The notes under the pieces were generated by a model. The model saw only the letters and a list, made by a program, of their open reading frames with translations. It searched no databases and was not told the DNA's origin. A DNA stretch of 64,000 bases from positions 1,302,001 through 1,366,000 of the forward strand of contig JAYWIR010000016.1 of NCBI GenBank assembly GCA_036172245.1, given 5' to 3'. A program made the translations under genes and the position numbers. Shown here one piece after another: positions 24,188 through 37,375 of this stretch. Source of the stretch: Raillietiella orientalis. Taxonomy: Eukaryota. Positions within the stretch are counted from its first letter, which is position 1. The number at the start of each line of letters is the position of its first letter.

Positions 24188-24710
24188 GCGGCACTGGTGG
24201 AAGCCGGATGCTCCTGTTGACCGTCCGGGATTGCTCCGGGGTCCCTATAGGAATCAAAGAGTGCTGGTTCCCTTCGGAGTTTCCTTTCGGTTATGAAAAG
24301 GGAGCTGCCCTCCCTCCCCTCGTGGATGGACCCGCCGTCTCGTACCACGGAGCTGGTCGACACCCCACTCGGGGATTGCCTCTCCAGAGTGCCAAGAAGC
24401 GCGCTGCTCCCTTCAGGGAAGCGTCCCTCCGATAAATTGGGGAGAGTCCATTCAGGGTTCTCTTCAGAGGAGGAGGAAATAACGAGCGGTTCCCTCCGGG
24501 GGATCCCTCCGGAGAGAATGAGGAAGAGGTGGTTCCCTTCGGGGTTGTCCTCCCAAGAGTGAGAAGAACTGACTCCTTCCTCTGGAGTCTTCCTGGATTC
24601 ATAGAGTGATCCCTCCGGGGGCATCCCCCCGACTTGAAGTGTCGCACGCTGCCTCGGGTGGAGTAGACGGTTCCGAAGAGCCTCGTGAGCCGCCCACAAG
24701 GAGGTAAACC
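24188..24710 (+). mobile_element. tRNA-headed SINE-like repeat copy 2, 3' half
   Basis: GCGGCACTGGTGGAAGC..GGATG..GTTGACCG..CAAGAAGCGCGCTGCTCCC..TGGATTCAT..ACTTGAAG..CTCGGGTGG..CGTGAGCC aligns with 13534-14132. Confidence 0.75.
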
Positions 24711-27700
24711 TCCGGTTACCCATCCGGCGTCTGTCGAGGTCATAGTCGGAGGGGAAGGCCGGTACCCCCTGGCCGGACGGGAATGGCGAGGCGAAGATGG
24801 GCGGCGACATTGTGCGGAAACCAGTGGGAGAAAACACGTGGAAGTGGATGTCGCAACTCTCAGCGTAGCTCCCGATCGCTTCTTCCTTGGAGCTTTTACG
24901 GGCCAGGGATCCCTCTGCTGGCTCGAGGACCAACCCGTCGTCGAGCCTTTTCGACTTGCTCTTACGGAGGTGGGGAGGAGCTCCCGAGTTCTTCCAGAGA
25001 TGGTCCAGGAAGAGCTAAAAGTCTCCTCGCCCCCTTTTCTCGGGTCCACCCGGCGTGCGAGGCGAGGCTTTCCCTGGTGACCATTTTTGCGCACGCCCTC
25101 TTCGAAGCACGACGGACGGAACGAGGTCTTTCGGAACGCCCCGTCTCCGGGCGACGGCGTTCCGGCGGCTTTCGCGGGAGACCGCACGTTCCTGCTGAGG
25201 CACTTCTTCCCTCCCGTCCGGACCCACCTGGGAGTCTCGTTCGGATCAGGAGCGGGCGAGGCCTCCAGGCTGTGACGGGACACGGAAAGTCTCGCTCCCG
25301 AACCAACGGAGGCGCTCCCGGCGTCCGCGGCGAGCCTCCCTGAATCCCAGTCCCTGAGCGCTACAACCCCGTTTGTTCCCTCCGGACAGGCGCTCTCCTC
25401 CCGAATGGAGGCAGGTTCGCCTCCGAGGGAAGGACAGGGATGCTGGGCGGTGCACCTGCGGGAGGGAAGTCGTGGGACGCGCGCGGCAGAGCACCAGGAC
25501 TTCCAGGCAGCCATTTCCTGGCTCTGCCAACTTCGCGGCTGTCTGGTCCACGAGAGGGGGAGGAACCGCTCAGGAGATGGAGACCGGAGATCCCGGGGCC
25601 GCTTGCAGGATGGGCCGAGGGCTCCTCAGAGCGTTCTTGGGTCCCGGAGGACGTCAGCCTGACGGTTCAACGGTGCCGTTCGCAAGGGACCGGCAGCGCC
25701 AGCTGGGCGAAACCTGGAGGAAGCCTCCAGAGTGGGGAGTCGCCCAGGAGACCTGAGGGGTGCGCGCGGGGGGAAGGGCCTTAATCGACGATTCTGAAAA
25801 CTCGAAGCGGCGCGCGCCTTCTGCCGTTTCCCTTTCCTTCGCTTCCCCCTTCCCGAAATGTCAATATCAAATATAACCTAAGGTCGCGTTTTGCAGAGGG
25901 ATGTAACAGGTCTTTCGTGCCGCCTCGAGCTCTTTGGTCAGCTCGAAAGGAGCAGCAAGATCGCGGGCGGGAGTCATCAACGGCCTGCAAGCCCTTCTTT
26001 GTTCCCGAGAGCACAGAGGATCCCTGAGGACGCGCGAGGTCCAGACAGCACTCTCGCGTGGAATGGACTCTTACCAGAGGGACTTCGAACTTTGCCCGGC
26101 GTCTCAATATTCCCTATGCTCTCCGAGCACCCGCCAGGACATCTCCGGTGGCTATTGGAGGAATATGGAAATGCCGACCGCCCCGGGTCACCTCCGGAAC
26201 GCTGCCTCCCTAGACAGGCGGCGAGATCCTCTTCGATTTTTTTTTAAAATCGTCCGTTCAGAGGTCAGTGCATGACACTCGACCATTTCGGTGTCAGTCT
26301 GCAACACGGCCCACTAGCAAAGATCTGGAATCATCATCCGTGTGGGAGGAAGTCGATTCGTCAGCTTCGACGTTCCCATGACATCGGAACGAGTGACCCC
26401 TCTGGTTCGCAGTCCACCTTCCATTGATGGCTCAATTCTCAGTCACTCTCAGGGATGTTCCAGAAGTTTCGGAGCCGGAGGGGAAAGACGAATCCCCACG
26501 TTTGTTCCCGAGGGAGGCTAGGACGCTCACCCGAAGGGAAGATCATCTTGAGTGGCAGAAAACATCGAGGAGGCGGAACGGGACGTGCCGGACTCCCACG
26601 GCACGGGATCCAGGAACGGGCGGCGCCTCTCCCGGGAACGCGAAACTGGGGCGTAGCGAAGCCGGTGCCGTGGGAGGGGATTTCTCCGCTCCGTCTGGAC
26701 CAGCCTGCCGACGCGCGCGCGAAGTGGGCGGAAAGCACACGGGAACTTTGCCCGGCGCGAATCCATGGCGACGACGCAGATCGTCGTGGCTCTCGGGACG
26801 GCGTGACTGAATGTCTTCCTCCCCACTGGCTCTCCAGCACCAATGGGGAGGGTTGTCATGGGAAGCGCGAGCCGTTCGCTCTCCTGTCCGCTCCCTTCCA
26901 GTCACCCGGGGCGGGACTTGTGGGAGAAAGGGGATGAGGAGGAAGGAAGTAGGATCACCCCTGAGGCATTCCTCTTGGAAAAGGAGGTTCCTTTCCGCCT
27001 TTCGTGAGGAGAGACCAGAATAGGTCCTGGGCGTCTCCGGCAGCGTTTCCTTGTCCCGCGGGCTACCAGGGCGGCTGAGCTCTGCCACGGCGCCCGCAAA
27101 CAGGAACGCTAGCGGGAGCAGGTAGCCGAGAAAAGGAGGAAAGCCGGAGGACCTCTCTGCGATCTGTCGGGAGTGGGGAGGAACACCTTGGTCTCTTCGC
27201 CGCAGGAGGGAGAAGAAGTTGGGAATGCGCCGCCACCGCCAGGGAAGTTCAAAGGTGGAACCGCCGGACGAGGGGTTGCCAGGAGACCCACAAGGTTGTC
27301 CAGCTCCTTCCACATTCGGGTGCTTTCCCGGAGGGAGCAACCTTGATCTCCGCGAGCCAAACGACCAAAGGGCGGTTGTTGCCCTCGATAGTCGGGCCCC
27401 TTTCAGACCGTGAATGGTGGGGCAGCGCGAGGAGGACCACTAGACGGCACCCAGGGCAACGGCTGCTCATCCTCGTCCCGTGAGGAGCGACCTGCGCACG
27501 ATCCGAAGGGAGAGGGGAAACCACCCCCGATGTTTCTCTGGGGGAAAGGAGGGAGGACGCTGGGGTTGGAAGGGACGTGGCAGACGGATGGGCTTCGGGA
27601 AGGTCTGCCTCGTCTTCATGGATTCACTCCTCCGTCGATGAGGAAACGGCAGAGGGACGACCGCACGAGTCTCCGGCCGTTGCCGCGTGCAGCGGGTGCG

Positions 27701-29699
27701 GCTCCATCCCCCGCCGGGACGCGGGCGGTTCTCGAGGGGAAAAAAAAAACCTGTCGTTTCCCCCAGAAAGGCTCGAAGGGACCTCCCGTTCAATCGGAGT
27801 GGGAGGAGGAGCGAATCCCGGACCCGGACTAAGCGAAACTCCTGGATCTTCTCCGAGGATGGCTTCGGCGGATGTTGGCTAAGTGGAGTGCGGGGCAGCG
27901 ATGCTCCTCTAGACCTCCCCGCCTGGAGTCTGCTCGGCACACAGAAGGGAATCTTTTTCAGCAGACTATTCTCAGAGCCGGATGTGAAAGGCTTCCCCTT
28001 TCTTCCGTTGCTACCCGCGACTCCATGGAGACGGAGCAGGAAACTGAAAGTTTTTTTTTTTCGCTCTTCTTCTTCGTTCTCTCCTCCCGCGTCGCCCCTT
28101 CCCTCCTGGCGCAGACGCAGTGGATGCCCGCGGAGACCGCCCCCGCAGGAAACCTCATCTCAGCCGTTGATCTAAGGCAGCCCTTCCCCTCCCCTGCGGA
28201 TCCTCAAAGGCGGACCGTCGGCGATCGAGAGACGTTCGAGCGAGAGATGTGGATGGCTCCTGGCGCAAAGGGGCGCAGGGTACCGTACTCCCATGGATGG
28301 CGCGCTTCCTGAAGGAGCGCCAATCCAAAGGCGATTCCTTTTTTTTTTTTTTTTTTTCATTTTTTTTCTGCAGAAGATGGAGGGAAGGGAGGGAATGGAT
28401 GCAACGGAGGGGATGGGCGGCGGCAGTGGTGGCTGCTGCTCAAGGAGTCCCGCACGGCCCCTCAGCGCCTCCGAATGCTCTCCTGAGACTTCCTGGCATC
28501 GACCACCACCGGCATCTTTCCTCCACCGTGGGAGGTGCTCGCGGACACGCGGGGGTCCTCCGCCACCACGCCGCGCCCCGCTTCGGCCGTCGCCAGGAAA
28601 CCCGGCGCGAGACTGCCGCCGGGTTTTTTTGGCGACAGACGATGCCTCGTAGGGGATGGCACTGTCAGCGCATACCGACTGCTTGCGGACGGCGGCCGCG
28701 GCATTGGGAGTACGGTGGCGGTAGCATTCGGCAGGAGGAGGGCCGGTTGCTCTCCATGAGGTCAGTGTCTCGGAGGTTCTCTTGGGCGCCGTGCCCAAGA
28801 GCCGCCCCCGCCTCCGAGCACGGGACGCGCGGCTTGCAACGGAAGCGCGTCGGGAATCTCCTCCTCTGGGAACCGCGAATGCTCTCGTCGGGAGTGTCGC
28901 GGCACGGAGCTTCGCACCCGTGACTCGCTGGAGACGGAAGGCGCCCGGGAGAGGCTGCCGCAGCAGAGCCACGCTCCGGAGGTGTTCTTTCGTTGTTGTT
29001 TTCCCTGAGGGGGAGGGTGGGGAAGAGAACCTTCCATCCCTGCAACAAGCAGGCGAATGGAAAGACGCATCGTCTGCTCCCATTTCGGCGTTTCGCCGGT
29101 TTCAGGATCCGTTGCGTGCGACAGCCACGGTCCCGGATCGAGACGCGATGCGACGCCAGAGGCCCTTTTGGGGCAGAAAATTGGGCCGTCGGAGTCCGCG
29201 TCCGAAGCTGCTCGCTCCCTTCTCCCTCCTCCCTTGTGAGTCATTCGCGGAGATAAGACCTCCGGAAATGACGTCATCCCTCCTCCTTCGACTCAGCCGA
29301 TTCTCAGGTGTCACGCCGCCGCAGTGCATCCCTCCCGCGGGGAAGGAGAAAGGGAGTGGGAGGACCGGGTCCAGATCGATTCGGAATTTTCGGATCTCCG
29401 GAGGGCTCCTAGAATCGTCGCGCAGCTCCCTACCGCGACCTCCGCGACCCCGCGTTGCCGATCTGCTTGCTGAGCCCACCTCTCCGCTCTCCACGTCCGA
29501 CAGGCTCCAAAAGGCCCATCGCTTCCCCTAAAGTCCAGCGTAAAAGAGAAGGGAGGTTCTGCCCTCGCCCACCCCCTCTCCAACTTTTTCCCTCCCTCCC
29601 CCTTCTGTCCCCCTCTTTCCGTAGAAACCTGTGAAGGATTCCTCCCCTCATCCCGTAGGCTGCGATGTCAGACGCGCGGCATCGCTTCGTCCCCCTCCG

Positions 29700-30330
29700 C
29701 ATGCGCCCTCACCGTTCCCTTGGGAGACGTCCGGTGTCCCCTCCGGGGAGTTGCCCAGGTGAGATTGCAGATCCGAGGAGCTTCCAGCATGGAGAAGGTC
29801 GCCTTCAGCAAGACATGTCCTTGAAGACGACTCGGTTTACAGCACACAGGCAGAGGGACCAAGTCGCTTCTTCCCAGGTATCCTCGGAGACTGGTCGCTC
29901 CGCTGACGCGCCAATCGACGCGACCGGATTTCCGAGAAAGGGGAGGGCGCATCCGCAGAAAAATGACCTTCCCGTGGTGGTGCTGTTCCGGTGCAGAGCA
30001 CAAAAGGGACAAAGATGCGCTGCAGAGGCGCACTGAGAGCCGACCGACGGACAGAAGATAGCCGCGGGAGAAGCCGCCGCGCTTCGTCACAGTGAGGGAG
30101 GGTCCTCCTGGCTCCGGAGGACAAGGGGAGGGAGACTGGACGAGGCGGGAGAGAAACACCTCTTTGACGGTGAACTGACACGTCGACGCCGAGCTCCTGC
30201 GGGTTTCGCCAATGGTCGCCGTTTCGAAACAGGATGTCGGGCTCCGCCACCGAGCCGAGCCTGTGACAACACGACCGTGCAGCCAGACTGACCGAGTCTC
30301 TCCTCTGCCATTTGGTCTCGGCGGGCCGGC
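29700..30330 (+). pseudogene. Probable DIRS-type tyrosine recombinase relic
   Basis: LRGVAQVR...DMSLKTTRF resembles DIRS YR LLKG..R / LSLKT.F. It has clear nucleotide similarity, in inverted orientation, to 30860-31000. Confidence 0.35.
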
Positions 30331-30549
30331 GGCGCAGTAGTTCCGAACACGCCGCGGCGCCTTCCACGCCCTGACGTCGGGACTGCTCTCACGCACCGAC
30401 GACGGGCGGTTCCAGCCCCTCAGATGGATGTAAAACAGGATGTCATTCTCAGCATTCTGCGAAAAGTTTGCAGCCGCATGAGGGGGGGGGGGGAGGGTGC
30501 AAGAGAGGGATTCGCTGCACGCCCGTCGTTTCCACTAATCCTTGCCTAC

Positions 30550-33300
30550 TTCCGCACAACGGTGACCTGTCCGGCGGAAGATGGGGGAGGAGACATTCTG
30601 TAGTGAGGCGGGGGTTCACTGCCCCTCGCCGAACTCGCATCCGGGCGGCTGACGCTGACGCGCGTCTTCGCCTCTGCGTCGGGCCTCCTCGGTTGCACTC
30701 CGATGTCTCTGTGCAAGGCCAGTGGCTTGCTGCCCTTCCGGTGTCGCGACCGGGGATGAATCCGCTCTTGGTCGTAGCGGGAGGGTTGGTAGGAAGTGTA
30801 CAAGCTGGTTGCATCCTTGGCGCGTCAGCAGGGAACCTGGTCTCCGAGGGTACCGGGAAAGAAGCGAGTGGCGTCTTGGTCTCGCTGCCGGTGCTGTGAA
30901 ACGGGTCGTTTTCAAGGACATGGTTTTACCTAAGGCGACCTTTGCTACGATGGAAGCTTCTGGAATTTGCAGTCTCACCTTGGCAACTTCCTGGAGGAGG
31001 TGCATCCAGTGGACATCCCGTCCGTGTTAAATGCTGGATGATACCACTGCCTTCCTTAATTTTGTCTCCGTCACCTTGTGCTGAAGACTGCGGTCTCCTG
31101 ACTCCGTTGACCTCGCAAACAAGACTGGCTGGAGAGGGGCTCCTGGACTTGCCAGATCCTGCAGCCGCTTCTGCAGAAAATCATGGATCGGTGAGATCCC
31201 AGGATATCCAGAGGCTACGCCGCTCGCTGGCATTACACTGGGATCACTGGTCGTGACGGAGGAAAAACACCCTCCCGACACCGCAGTCTCGAGTGGGGGA
31301 CGAGACAGGGAGGACAGCCGGCTCCCCCTGGTCATTGGCCATCGATACCCTCCGACATAGCCATTGTAAAACACAAGCTTGGATAAATCTTGCACGCGTC
31401 TTCTTGCACGCTGCCGGTGTGCTTTCGAACGGGCGACACGCCTCCAATATCGTGGCACAGCTCATCACTGATAGAGCACAAACACCTCTACTGTTGAGGC
31501 AGAGATCACAAAGATTGATGTGCACATCCACTAGGGTTGATGATTTCACTGACCAGAGGTATGGCCAGCGGCTTGAATTACAATCTACCAAGAAGGTATT
31601 TTCTCTTCGCTTCCTCCTTCAGCTTGATTTTGAGTGGTTCCCCTGTTACGGGAGATGACTCAACCGATGCTTCCAATACGCGCGACCGAAATCCAAGGAA
31701 GAAAAAATTCTTCCTAGAGGACTGGATCGCCAGCACTGCTTCGTACGGTTCCTCGAAAAACGAACTGGGAAAGGGACCAGAAATGTCAGTTCTCCGGTTG
31801 AGGGCATGAGCCGACTGACCCTAAAACGGCGTGTCCTTTCCGGGGGCTGATGCAAATGAGATTCTTAACCAAGTACCCACATTGTTCGAACCATTGCGGA
31901 CCATTCGGTGGTATTTGTGGCTTCATGGAACAAGGTCGAGTGCTTTTGAAGCTCTCGACCTTGCTCATCTCCGTTTATGCGACCAGAGACTTCCAGCTTC
32001 AGTTCCTCCAACTCATCTAAATCGTCCAAGTCCCTCCTCGACCTGTTTCGGCGCGTATACGTTCTTTGAAAGAATGTGAAAGGACGCGCAAGCAATGGCG
32101 GCTCATTGGAGAGTTGGAGAGCCGAAAAGATGAATCACCAGCCCCCTCATGCATGATGCACGCATCGTGTCCGGTTCTTGGTCCAAGGTGAAACTCCTGA
32201 AAAGTGGATCGGTTGTGTCAGTCGGAACCTGGGCGCGCTCTCCATTAGCCCGGAAAACGTTCCGCTTGCCCGCGTTCTGAGGTTCCGTTCTGGAGGAGAA
32301 GAAGCGCGTCCGATGCGAGCATCCGTTGCCAAAGTGTCGGGGTCTGCGGAGATGGGCATCCAATGCACCCGGGACATATCCTGGAAGCATCAGCAATTCT
32401 ATCACCCGCAATGAAACGACTCCCGAAGACCACAGCCTCGTCAGTGACCAAGGTGTGCAAGGAAGATTGATGTGGGAATGGTGGAAACACCCCCTACCCC
32501 TATTACTTGTTCGTATTTCCCCTTCAGAAACAAGCCGTGAGCAACGAAGGTCCCCTACCACAGGGAATTTGATGGAAGAAGGGATATTCTCACGGGAAGG
32601 CATAAGGGGGCTTGGGTTTTCGTTCCACTCGCACTCACGGATCGACGCAGCACTTTCTGAAGAGGGAAGACACGGAGATCAGTGAGACACAGCAACTCTC
32701 CAATGACGGCTCGCTCGCAGGTGCTCGCGACCGGAGTCATGGTTACGGCAGATGAGCAGTCGTGTGCTGGCGAAGGACGCAGAACGTGAAAGTTGGTGTC
32801 ACGGAGTGGCTTCCAACTGTCAGGGTATCTGGGACAGTGATCTCTTTCGGTGACCAGCTTCCACGGAGATCGAGGCTCCAAATAAGCAACTCATCTTGAC
32901 ATTTAGGAAGCGGAGGAGGACATGCTCCGCCGGTGCAATCTCTTTCAAGACGCCACCAGCAGTCTGCAGCGCGGAAAGGCCAAGCGGAAAACACCGTTCC
33001 GTCCGCTTTATGGGTCACTTGCAAGCCCTCGTTCACGAACCAGGCAAACAGGCATCGTGGATACCTTGACAGCGGCTGAACGACCTTCCCCGATTTGCCT
33101 TCCGACCAATGAAGATGAAGATCTCTCCCGACTTTATCTTTCTGAACCATCTCCTGCTTCATTGTCCTCTGACCACTTCGATGTCGTCCTTGGCGTGACG
33201 AGGAGTCTTTATCGCTACAGGTCAAGTGAGATCTCCTCACAAGGGTGGATCCTCTCCTCACAAGAAGGTGGATCCGCCCCTGCTGCTTGTGTAAACTACT
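30550..33300 (-). mobile_element. Probable degenerate DIRS1-like retrotransposon (RNase H - methyltransferase - YR order)
   Basis: Minus-strand remnants appear in DIRS order: WWRLERDCTGGACPPPLP...GSWSPKE (RH start), NRGRG, FIAGDRIADASR (cf. HIPG..N..AD.LSR), RFFSSRTEP (MT-like), then LLQEVAKVR...MSLKTTRF (YR-like). The region is heavily frameshifted. Confidence 0.45.
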
Positions 33301-36300
33301 CTCTTTGTAAAAAAAAAAAAAAAAAAAAAAAAATGCTCAACTTTTTGCTTGAGGCTGAGGTGAGGAGGAAGGGAAGAATCTAATAAAAGGGGAATTCCTT
33401 CCTCCTCCTTCTTTTCCTTCTTCTTCCTCCTCCTCTTCCAGGTTTTAAAAGGCACTCCTGGGGGAAGGCGAATCCGGTTACAGAAGATGATGATGCTACC
33501 TGGATTCTAGCTTAACTCGTCCTGCTATCCTCCTTGAAATCCTCCTGACATTCCGGAATTTCAGGGGATCGCGCTCGAGTGGTCGCTTCAGATACGTCCA
33601 TAGTAGCCTGCTGGTAGGAGCTGAAGGTGCAGGTGACTGGTCGCATCTCTGGTCAATCCAGCGGTGGAAGAGCCACAAAAAACGCGCGCTTCGTCTGCAG
33701 GTTGCCATGCTCCTTGGTTGCCGTGGACAGCTCTGGGCCTCGCCTTCGACTGCCAGGTGCACTCATGCCGATGTGCCTGCGGCTTCCAGGGAACCGCGTG
33801 CCTCTTCCGACTCGGGGAAGGAGGAGGTTCTTTGGGCGGAACCCGAATTCAAGGAGCTAGTCAAAGAAAGCCATCGGATCCTGCGTGAAAGGACGGAGAG
33901 CCATGCGACCTTGGACGCTGGAGGGGTGTTCCAAGCCGCCGCTCCCCCGTTGCAAACCATCGCCTCTCCGGATCTGGATCCTGTCACCCGCGACTGCTGG
34001 GGCTGCTGAAGATGCCTCCGCGGTGGTAGCGGTCTCGGGTGGGGGCGCAACGCTTCGCGAGACTGCAATGCACACTCAACGGCGAGCAGAGAGGTCCGAT
34101 CCGAGTATCCTGACTTGCCGACGTGGGTAGAGCATTTTCGGCAGATTCGTCGCTTTGCGACCGACACCCTCCCGATCCTTGCTCTCCTCCCCTCCCTTCT
34201 TTTACCCCCGGACCTCCTCCGCGGCGCTGCCCTCTCTCCGTCACCTTCGCAGTTCCACCCGACCGCAACCCGACGGACTCGTGAGCGAAGGAGAGCGACG
34301 TGCTCGCTTACCGTTCCGGCCAGGGAGATCGTGACGACAGACCCCCCGACCTTCCGCCTCCATCTCTCTCGGAACAGAGCGGGGTGCTCCTTCTTCTGTT
34401 CGGTCTGTTTCGCGCGCGCGTGCCGAGATGCGCTCGCGCGCGCCTGCGGAAGCAGCAGTTGGAATAGCAGACAGCAACAGTTCAAGTGGCCCTCGCGTTT
34501 CTGTTGTGCACTCTCGCCTTCCCCCCTTGTCCCCCGATTTATCTTCCACCGCGCCTCCAAGCCGCCGCCACTCTTTGAGCGAGCTGCTGCCTGAAGAACG
34601 CCATCCGGCGGCAGCTTCAAGGTGATGCTCACCTCGCTGCGCCCTCTTTGCGAGTGACCGGCAGCGGGCATCCATTCATCCGAGCAGAGGTGGATCGCGC
34701 TACCAGCTGTCGAGGAAGAGCCAAATCTGAAAGGGATTCCTGAAGATAAGGCCCCAGCCCCCAGCTCCCTCGCGAGGGGCTGATTAGCTCGAAACTCGTT
34801 CGTCTACCCTAACGACGGAGGCAACCGGTTCGCTTCCCTCCGCTTATCGCGCCTACTGATCTCAGTCCGCGCAGAAATCCGAACCGAGGAATTTCCCTGC
34901 CCGGACGTCCCGGCAGCAAGTTCCAAACAAAGACACGCGGAGATCTGGATCCTCGGAGGGAGATAAACCGAAGGATGCTGCCGGCCAGACTCACTCGGAG
35001 AGGACAGGGTGCTCCAAACGAGGCCACGCAGCGCGGCAGGCGCTCTGTGAAAGCTGCGCGGAGATACGGTCTCTGCTTGAGTCCTCGTGGGTCCGACTCC
35101 TCGGGGGTGGAGTGTGCCGTTCCCTCTCTGCATTTCGAGACCTCGGCAAGGCCATCCACACCTTCCTGATGAGCGTGGTCTGTGGGCTCCAGGAGGAGGT
35201 GGTCCCGTGACGGCGGGCAGCAGCCTCCAGCATCCTCTTCTGGAGCACGCCGCAGCAGCAGAGGTGAACCTGACTGTCCGGCCTCCCCACTAGAACACCG
35301 ACCCTCTTCGCCCCATTCCTGGTTATGGTCGCCCCGCTGGTCTTCTTTCTCCACCACGCCGTGGCTCGGGGATCCGCAGCATCCCGGCTTTGAAGATGGC
35401 GGAGAGCGCCGACAGTCGGTCGACTCGAAGCCGAAGTCCTCCTTCCTTCCTCCGCAGGAGGAGGAGGAGAGAGGGGAACCTCCCGCATACGCCCCTGAAA
35501 TGCGCCGCAGCAGGGGTGGACACGACTGCTCGACCACCTCAGAAGAACGCCGACCCTCTTCGAGACACCCTCCGGTAGTGGCCAACTTCCTCCACCTTTC
35601 GCCCGACATTGGCGATGTCCAAGCTGGAAGAGCGCAGCCGTTGCCCCTGTGCGGCTGCAGCAGTCAGACCAGTGACGGCATTCCAGTTCTTCCTTCCCCT
35701 CTCGACGCAGACCTTTTGGAATCAGAACCGCCACAGGGAGCTGACCTCCATCCATCCCCTCATCATCATCCCTTCCCTTCGTTCATCAACCAACTGACTG
35801 GCCTGTCCCTCCATCTTCCTCCTTCCCAGTCGCGTTCCCGGCGGGATGGAAAAAATCCTTTAAGGTTCAGCTCTGCCTCAGCTCAGCTTTTTTTTTTTTT
35901 TCGGGTTTTGTTTGTCTGGATTCGCCAAGTGATGAAGAATCGCCGCGCTCCTGTCGGTGCACGCTGTTCTTTGACGCTGTTCCACGCCACCCGAGAGTGC
36001 GCCACCTCTTCAAGGTAGGGGGTATCTCAGAAGGGGACCACCTCATGAATGCAAGGAGGCATCGGAGGAAGAAGTCCGTTCTTCTTACGCTCGAGTGGGA
36101 ACCCCGAAGGGAAAGTCCCTCCTCCTTATTCTCTCCAGGGATTATAAACGATAAATATAATGTTCACCGTATATTATCATATCGTTAATGATGAGTTGCT
36201 TACATATATCAATAAGTATACCAGTACGCAGAGTACTATGTAGTATAAAGATTATAAAAAAGAAACACACAAATTGCATCTATATAATAACATGTACCTG

Positions 36301-36334
36301 GATTTGTGGATTCATATCTAGATAACCGCTGACG

Positions 36335-37013
36335 GATCCCTGGAGGGGGTCGCTCCTCATTTCTTCTCGGAAGGGCACCCGCAAGGGACCCTCTCCCTGT
36401 TTACTCTTCCTGTGAAGAGAACCAGGGAGGGGGCGCTGCTGCATCCCCCGTCGCGGGGAAAGCGGCAGCTCCATCTCCCGGAAGAACTTTCCGCTGACCT
36501 CGGCCTTCACTTCCGGCCGACCGACCTTTGGCCTCTTCGATTTTCATTCCTTGGAAGTGCCTTCCCTTCGCGGTGCTCCGGGCCGAGGACAACTCCCAAG
36601 GGACGCTCCCCAATTTTCTCTGAAGGGCTCTCTCCGAAGGGAGCAGCGCGCTTCTTGCACTCTGGAGTCATCATCAATCCACCAGCTCTGTGATACAAGA
36701 TGGAGGGTCCTCCCCGAGGGAGAAGGGGGACAGCTCCATTTTCACAACCGGAAGGGAACTTCGAAGGGAACCGGCTCCTTGATTCCTGGAAGGACTTTCA
36801 ATCCCAGCTACTCAGCGGGGGCATCCATGGGTTTCTGGCTGCTGCCACCAGTGCCGCACCCGAATAGGCTGACCAACGTCATCCCGCAGGAAGGAGGGGC
36901 TTGAAAACTACGACGCAACCCCCGTTCTCGGCGTCGACGACCCTTCCCCGGGCGGGATTCGAACCCACGACGCTTGATGGTGCCAGGCGTGGAGGCCGCA
37001 GCAGCCACGAGGC
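36335..37013 (-). mobile_element. tRNA-headed SINE-like repeat copy 3
   Basis: The B-box reverse complement GGATTCGAACC is at 36955-36965. The body contains TATTCGGGTGCGGCACTGGTGGCAGCAGCC, CCGGTTGTGAAAA and CAAGAAGCGCGCTGCTCCC. Confidence 0.8.
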
Positions 37014-37139
37014 TGTCAACGCAGGCCAAGAGCAAGGACGCGGGGGGCATTCCCGCGTCTTCGCGTAGGGAAACGCAACAGGTGAAGAACAAGGTCCGCT
37101 CCCCCCTCTCCTATTCTCCGGCGAAGACGCAGATCGGAC

Positions 37140-37375
37140 TGAGAGAACTCCCTCCGAAGGGAACGTGTACTCTGCGATGTCCTGGAAGCACCCCGGAGGA
37201 CCAACTTTCGATCCCGGACAGTCAACGGGGACAACCGGCTTCAACCAGCGTCCTCAAGAAGTTAGAACTCGAAATCGACGATGCACCCCGCGTTCCCGGG
37301 GACCATTCCCCGGGCGGGGTTCGAACCAGCGATACCTGGTGCACTACGCACGGAGACCGCGGCAGCCACGCAAGG
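37140..37375 (-). mobile_element. tRNA-headed SINE-like repeat copy 4 (partial, tandem with copy 3)
   Basis: The reverse complement reads GCGTGGCTGCC...GGTTCGAACCCCGCCCGGGGAA...GGGGTGCATCGTC...GTCCCCGTTGAC. Confidence 0.7.

Noticed and set aside
24188..24710. Repeat interpreted as the LINE 5'UTR
   Set aside because: It lies outside the TSD and is the continuation of the SINE split at 17576.
26000..26500. Third tyrosine-recombinase relic (FELCPA, RSHDIG)
   Set aside because: The motifs are too short and not collinear in a convincing frame.
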